Part shown: positions 63,165 to 64,000 of the stretch, in pieces | How positions within the stretch are numbered: the first letter of the stretch is position 1 | Layout of the letters: each line of letters begins with the position of its first letter | DNA from: Haliotis rufescens | Lineage: Eukaryota | Direction of reading: 5' to 3' | DNA length: 64,000 nt | Assembly: GCF_023055435.1 (NCBI RefSeq) | Contig: NW_025963846.1 | Location: 8,742,001-8,806,000 of the forward strand | Notes under the pieces: model-generated | What the model was told of the DNA's origin: nothing | The model's database searches: none | The model's input: the letters and a program-made list of their open reading frames with translations, nothing else | Program-made: the position numbers and the translations under genes

Positions 63165-63460
63165 GGATTCGATCCCCGGCCGCGTCATACAAAAAGACGT
63201 TAAAAGATGGTACTTGTTGTTACCCTGTCTGGCGCTCGGCATTAAGGGGGTAAAACAAGGACTGGTCGGCTCGGAGTCAGTATACTGTGTCTGAGTGGGG
63301 TATTCATGTTAAACTGCGGCATGGTATCTCAGTGAGCTAGCACTATAAATCGGCATCAGTCCGGCCTAGTACAAGCAGACATACACACACACACATGTGC
63401 ATGCACGTCGCTATATAAGGGCAATAATCTTGGACGCGACGTTAATCCCCATTTCACCTC
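63165..63460 (+). mobile_element. tRNA-derived SINE family D (MetaSINE-like core), 5'-truncated
   Basis: Core aaggactggtcggctcggagtcag...tgtgtctgagtgg...tcagtgagctagcactataaa resembles the molluscan Meta core (recognised from memory, not searched); TSD caatatattga at 63154-63164 / 63460-63470. Confidence 0.85.
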
Positions 63461-64000
63461 AATATATTGAACATATGTGAACCAATTAATGACAAAACTA
63501 ACAATCAGTCAAGTGTTAACACACAGTGTCTTTATTCTTATCACGATATGCTGCAAGTAATTTCTACACTTTACACCCTAATCGTGCACAAGACAAATGG
63601 TGCTTCTCGAGTCATGGATCTATGACGTCACATGTGATGCGTTCATGAGCATCGGTTCGCACACCATACCAGTATGTTCGTTTGTACATCAAACCAATCT
63701 AATATCTCTTAAATATGAGTAAGCCTTTATATATTAACCAACATGTATGATATTCGCCTTTCTGTTGGCGGAAAATATATATTTCCGTGCTTGTAATTTA
63801 AGTATCCATGTTTATTTTTTACGAAATGTTATATAATCTTGATTCAGACAATAATCAGCAAAACATGTCAGGCATATTGTATTCAGTTCAGGTCTTGATG
63901 CTTGGGTTTACCAAGATGTTAGATGCATTATTAGTTTTCTTAACTTTGTCAATCCAGATTGAAAGATATGTACAACTAAGAATGAACTAATATATTATCA

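Noticed and set aside
1456-63460. Apparent minus-strand bias of SINE insertions (roughly 2:1)
   Set aside because: Small hand count with uncertain degenerate copies; not testable in one window.

Overview
Eukaryotic (animal) genomic DNA, AT-rich and repeat-dense, with four N-gaps. The SINE repertoire looks like that of a marine mollusc, possibly an abalone or other gastropod (inference from repeat sequence alone). One protein-coding gene is well supported: a minus-strand MFSD4A-like (SLC60/NaGLT-type) major facilitator transporter. Ten phase-consistent GT-AG exons between 42659 and 16861 join into about 450 aa ending at a TAG stop; the N-terminal exon(s) were not found in the window. The remainder is intronic or intergenic: four SINE-like families sharing one 3' tail, a decayed mariner, several MITE/TIR elements, palindromic elements, a degenerate Penelope-type hammerhead motif and about 20 mini/microsatellites. 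Nearly all long ORFs in the supplied track are repeat artefacts. The most unusual signal is that three exon boundaries of the gene have been amplified into tandem arrays that keep the splice site. One array (10 x 94 bp) is a homogenised, conservatively diverged copy of the exon's last transmembrane segment plus its donor site. No CRISPR or prokaryotic-type system is present.
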